Below are positions 59,801 through 64,000 of a stretch of DNA of 64,000 nt, piece by piece. Where the stretch lies: assembly GCA_964016885.1 (NCBI GenBank), contig OZ024750.1:28768001-28832000 (forward strand), written 5' to 3'. Under the pieces are notes generated by a model. It was not told where the DNA came from. It worked only from the letters and a program-made list of their open reading frames with translations, and did no database searches. Positions within the stretch are counted from its first letter, which is position 1. Every line of letters begins with the position of its first letter. The DNA comes from Eledone cirrhosa. Lineage: Eukaryota. The position numbers were made by a program, and so were the translations under genes.

Positions 59801-62800
59801 CTTACTATAAATTACTGTCGTTCCTTTTCCAGCCGAGCCTGCCAACTGCCTACCTTACTATAAATTACTGTCGTTCCTTTTCCACCCGAGCCTGCCAACT
59901 ACCTACCTTACTATAAATTACTGTCGTTCCTTTTCCACCCGAGCCTGCCAACTACCTACCTTACTATAAATTACTGTCGTTCCTTTTCCAGCCGAGCCTG
60001 CCAACTGCCTACCTTACTATAAATTACTGTCGTTCCTTTTCCACCCGAGCCTGCCAACTACCTACCTTACTATAAATTACTGTCGTTCCTTTTCCAGCCG
60101 AGCCTGCCAACTACCTACCTTACTATAAATTACTGTCGTTCCTTTTCCACCCAGCCTGCCAACTACCTACCTTACTATAAATTACTGTCGTTCCTTTTCC
60201 ACCCGAGCCTGTCAACTACCTACCTTACTATAAATTACTGTCGTTCCTTTTCCACCCGAGCCTGTCAACTACCTACCTTACTATAAATTACTGTCGTTCC
60301 TTTTCCACCCGAGCCTGTCAACTACCTACCTTACTATAAATTACTGTCGTTCCTTTTCCACCCGAGCCTGCCAACTACCTACCTTACTATAAATTACTGT
60401 CGTTCCTTTTCCAGCCGAGCCTGCCAACTACCTACCTTACTATAAATTACTGTCGTTCCTTTTCCACCCAGCCTGCCAACTACCTACCTTACTATAAATT
60501 ACTGTCGTTCCTTTTCCAGCCGAGCCTGCCAACTGCCTACCTTACTATAAATTACTGTCGTTCCTTTTCCAGCCGAGTCTGCCAACTACCTACCTTACTA
60601 TAAATTACTGTCGTTCCTTTTCCACCCAGCCTGCCAACTACCTACCTTACTATAAATTACTGTCGTTCCTTTTCCACCCGAGCCTGCCAACTACCTACCT
60701 TACTATAAATTACTGTCGTTCCTTTTCCAGCCGAGCCTGCCAACTGCCTACCTTACTATAAATTACTGTCGTTCCTTTTCCAGCCGAGTCTGCCAACTAC
60801 CTACCTTACTATAAATTACTGTCGTTCCTTTTCCACCCGAGCCTGCCAACTACCTACCTTACTATAAATTACTGTCGTTCCTTTTCCAGCCGAGCCTGCC
60901 AACTGCCTACCTTACTATAAATTACTGTCGTTCCTTTTCCACCCGAGCCTGCCAACTACCTACCTTACTATAAATTACTGTCGTTCCTTTTCCACGCAGC
61001 CTGCCAACTACCTACCTTACTATAAATTACTGTCGTTCCTTTTCCAGCCGAGTCTGCCAACTACCTACCTTACTATAAATTACTGTCGTTCCTTTTCCAC
61101 CCGAGCCTGCCAACTACCTACCTTACTATAAATTACTGTCGTTCCTTTTCCACCCGAGCCTGCCAACTACCTACCTTACTATAAATTACTGTCGTTCCTT
61201 TTCCACGCAGCCTGCCAACTACCTACCTTACTATAAATTACTGTCGTTCCTTTTCCAGCCGAGCCTGCCAACTGCCTACCTTACTATAAATTACTGTCGT
61301 TCCTTTTCCACCCGAGCCTGCCAACTACCTACCTTACTATAAATTACTGTCGTTCCTTTTCCACGCAGCCTGCCAACTACCTACCTTACTATAAATTACT
61401 GTCGTTCCTTTTCCAGCCGAGTCTGCCAACTACCTACCTTACTATAAATTACTGTCGTTCCTTTTCCACCCGAGCCTGCCAACTACCTACCTTACTATAA
61501 ATTACTGTCGTTCCTTTTCCACCCGAGCCTGCCAACTGCCTACCTTACTATAAATTACTGTCGTTCCTTTTCCAGCCGAGTCTGCCAACTACCTACCTTA
61601 CTATAAATTACTGTCGTTCCTTTTCCACCCGAGCCTGCCAACTACCTACCTTACTATAAATTACTGTCGTTCCTTTTCCAGCCGAGTCTGCCAACTACCT
61701 ACCTTACTATAAATTACTGTCGTTCCTTTTCCACCCGAGCCTGCCAACTGCCTACCTTACTATAAATTACTGTCGTTCCTTTTCCAGCCGAGTCTGCCAA
61801 CTACCTACCTTACTATAAATTACTGTCGTTCCTTTTCCACCCGAGCCTGCCAACTACCTACCTTACTATAAATTACTGTCGTTCCTTTTCCAGCCGAGTC
61901 TGCCAACTACCTACCTTACTATAAATTACTGTCGTTCCTTTTCCACCCGAGCCTGCCAACTACCTACCTTACTATAAATTACTGTCGTTCCTTTTCCAGC
62001 CGAGTCTGCCAACTACCTACCTTACTATAAATTACTGTCGTTCCTTTTCCACCCGAGCCTGCCAACTGCCTACCTTACTATAAATTACTGTCGTTCCTTT
62101 TCCAGCCGAGTCTGCCAACTACCTACCTTACTATAAATTACTGTCGTTCCTTTTCCACCCGAGCCTGCCAACTACCTACCTTACTATAAATTACTGTCGT
62201 TCCTTTTCCAGCCGAGTCTGCCAACTACCTACCTTACTATAAATTACTGTCGTTCCTTTTCCACCCGAGCCTGCCAACTGCCTACCTTACTATAAATTAC
62301 TGTCGTTCCTTTTCCACCCGAGCCTGCCAACTACCTACCTTACTATAAATTACTGTCGTTCCTTTTCCACCCGAGCCTGCCAACTGCCTACCTTACTATA
62401 AATTACTGTCGTTCCTTTTCCACCCGAGCCTGCCAACTACCTACCTTACTATAAATTACTGTCGTTCCTTTTCCAGCCGAGCCTGCCAACTACCTACCTT
62501 ACTATAAATTACTGTCGTTCCTTTTCCAGCCGAGTCTGCCAACTACCTACCTTACTATAAATTACTGTCGTTCCTTTTCCACCCGAGCCTGCCAACTACC
62601 TACCTTACTATAAATTACTGTCGTTCCTTTTCCACCCGAGCCTGCCAACTGCCTACCTTACTATAAATTACTGTCGTTCCTTTTCCACCCGAGCCTGCCA
62701 ACTACCTACCTTACTATAAATTACTGTCGTTCCTTTTCCACCCGAGCCTGCCAACTGCCTACCTTACTATAAATTACTGTCGTTCCTTTTCCACCCGAGC

Positions 62801-64000
62801 CTGCCAACTACCTACCTTACTATAAATTACTGTCGTTCCTTTTCCACCCGAGCCTGCCAACTACCTACCTTACTATAAATTACTGTCGTTCCTTTTCCAC
62901 CCGAGCCTGCCAACTGCCTACCGTACTATAAATTACTGTCGTTCCTTTTCCACCCGAGCCTGCCAACTACCTACCTTACTATAAATTACTGTCGTTCCTT
63001 TTCCACCCGAGCCTGCCAACTGCCTACCTTACTATAAATTACTGTCGTTCCTTTTCCAGCCGAGTCTGCCAACTACCTACCTTACTATAAATTACTGTCG
63101 TTCCTTTTCCAGCCGAGCCTGCCAACTACCTACCTTACTATAAATTACTGTCGTTCCTTTTCCAGCCGAGCCTGCCAACTACCTACCTTACTATAAATTA
63201 CTGTCGTTCCTTTTCCAGCCGAGTCTGCCAACTACCTACCTTACTATAAATTACTGTCGTTCCTTTTCCACCCGAGCCTGCCAACTACCTACCTTACTAT
63301 AAATTACTGTCGTTCCTTTTCCACCCGAGCCTGCCAACTGCCTACCTTACTATAAATTACTGTCGTTCCTTTTCCAGCCCAGCCTGCCAACTGCCTACCT
63401 TACTATAAATTACTGTCGTTCCTTTTCCACCCGAGCCTGCCAACTACCTACCTTACTATAAATTACTGTCGTTCCTTTTCCAGCCGAGCCTGCCAACTAC
63501 CTACCTTACTATAAATTACTGTCGTTCCTTTTCCAGCCGAGTCTGCCAACTACCTACCTTACTATAAATTACTGTCGTTCCTTTTCCACCCGAGCCTGCC
63601 AACTACCTACCTTACTATAAATTACTGTCGTTCCTTTTCCACCCGAGCCTGCCAACTGCCTACCTTACTATAAATTACTGTCGTTCCTTTTCCAGCCCAG
63701 CCTGCCAACTGCCTACCTTACTATAAATTACTGTCGTTCCTTTTCCAGCCGAGTCTGCCAACTACCTACCTTACTATAAATTACTGTCGTTCCTTTTCCA
63801 CCCGAGCCTGCCAACTACCTACCTTACTATAAATTACTGTCGTTCCTTTTCCACCCAGCCTGCCAACTACCTACCTTACTATAAATTACTGTCGTTCCTT
63901 TTCCACCCGAGCCTGCCAACTGCCTACCTTACTATAAATTACTGTCGTTCCTTTTCCACCCAGCCTGCCAACTGCCTACCTTACTATAAATTACTGTCGT
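41888..64000. repeat. 53-bp satellite array, ~417 copies in the window, continuing past the right edge
   Basis: Unit gttccttttcca(g/c)cc(c/g)agcctgccaact(a/g)cctaccttactataaattactgtc at 41941, 41994 and onward; some 52-bp deletion variants; no insertions seen. Confidence 0.99.

Noticed and set aside
41888-64000. CRISPR-like appearance of constant plus variable segments
   Set aside because: The variable parts are point variants of one sequence, not unique spacers; the context is eukaryotic and there are no cas genes.

Overview
Repeat-dense eukaryotic DNA, most likely from an octopus or other coleoid cephalopod. This taxonomic call is inferred from the (TA)n/(CA)n load, the Nin/Deu-type and CORE-type SINEs, and the RTE and Tx1/L1 fragments. 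No host protein-coding gene can be supported, and the long ORFs in the track are translations of simple repeats. Bases 1-41.9 kb are a mosaic of microsatellites, minisatellites (59, 115, 22, 52, ~112 and 12 bp units), a 5.2-kb (CCA)n tract, SINEs, and decayed RTE, CRE, Tx1/L1 and mariner fragments. Bases 41.9-64 kb are one 53-bp satellite array with higher-order structure. The most striking signal not shown by the ORF track is in the short unique islands between (TA)n tracts, which repeatedly carry type I hammerhead ribozyme motifs: about 9 with intact CUGANGA/GAAA/NUH cores and about 7 degenerate, all found by eye. One is a full-size canonical hammerhead (5135-5214). Most others are minimal hammerheads whose stem III is a short palindrome that differs between copies. 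Several islands are fold-back or partial-tandem structures. This fits a dense population of non-autonomous Penelope-like or retrozyme-like elements living in (TA)n DNA.
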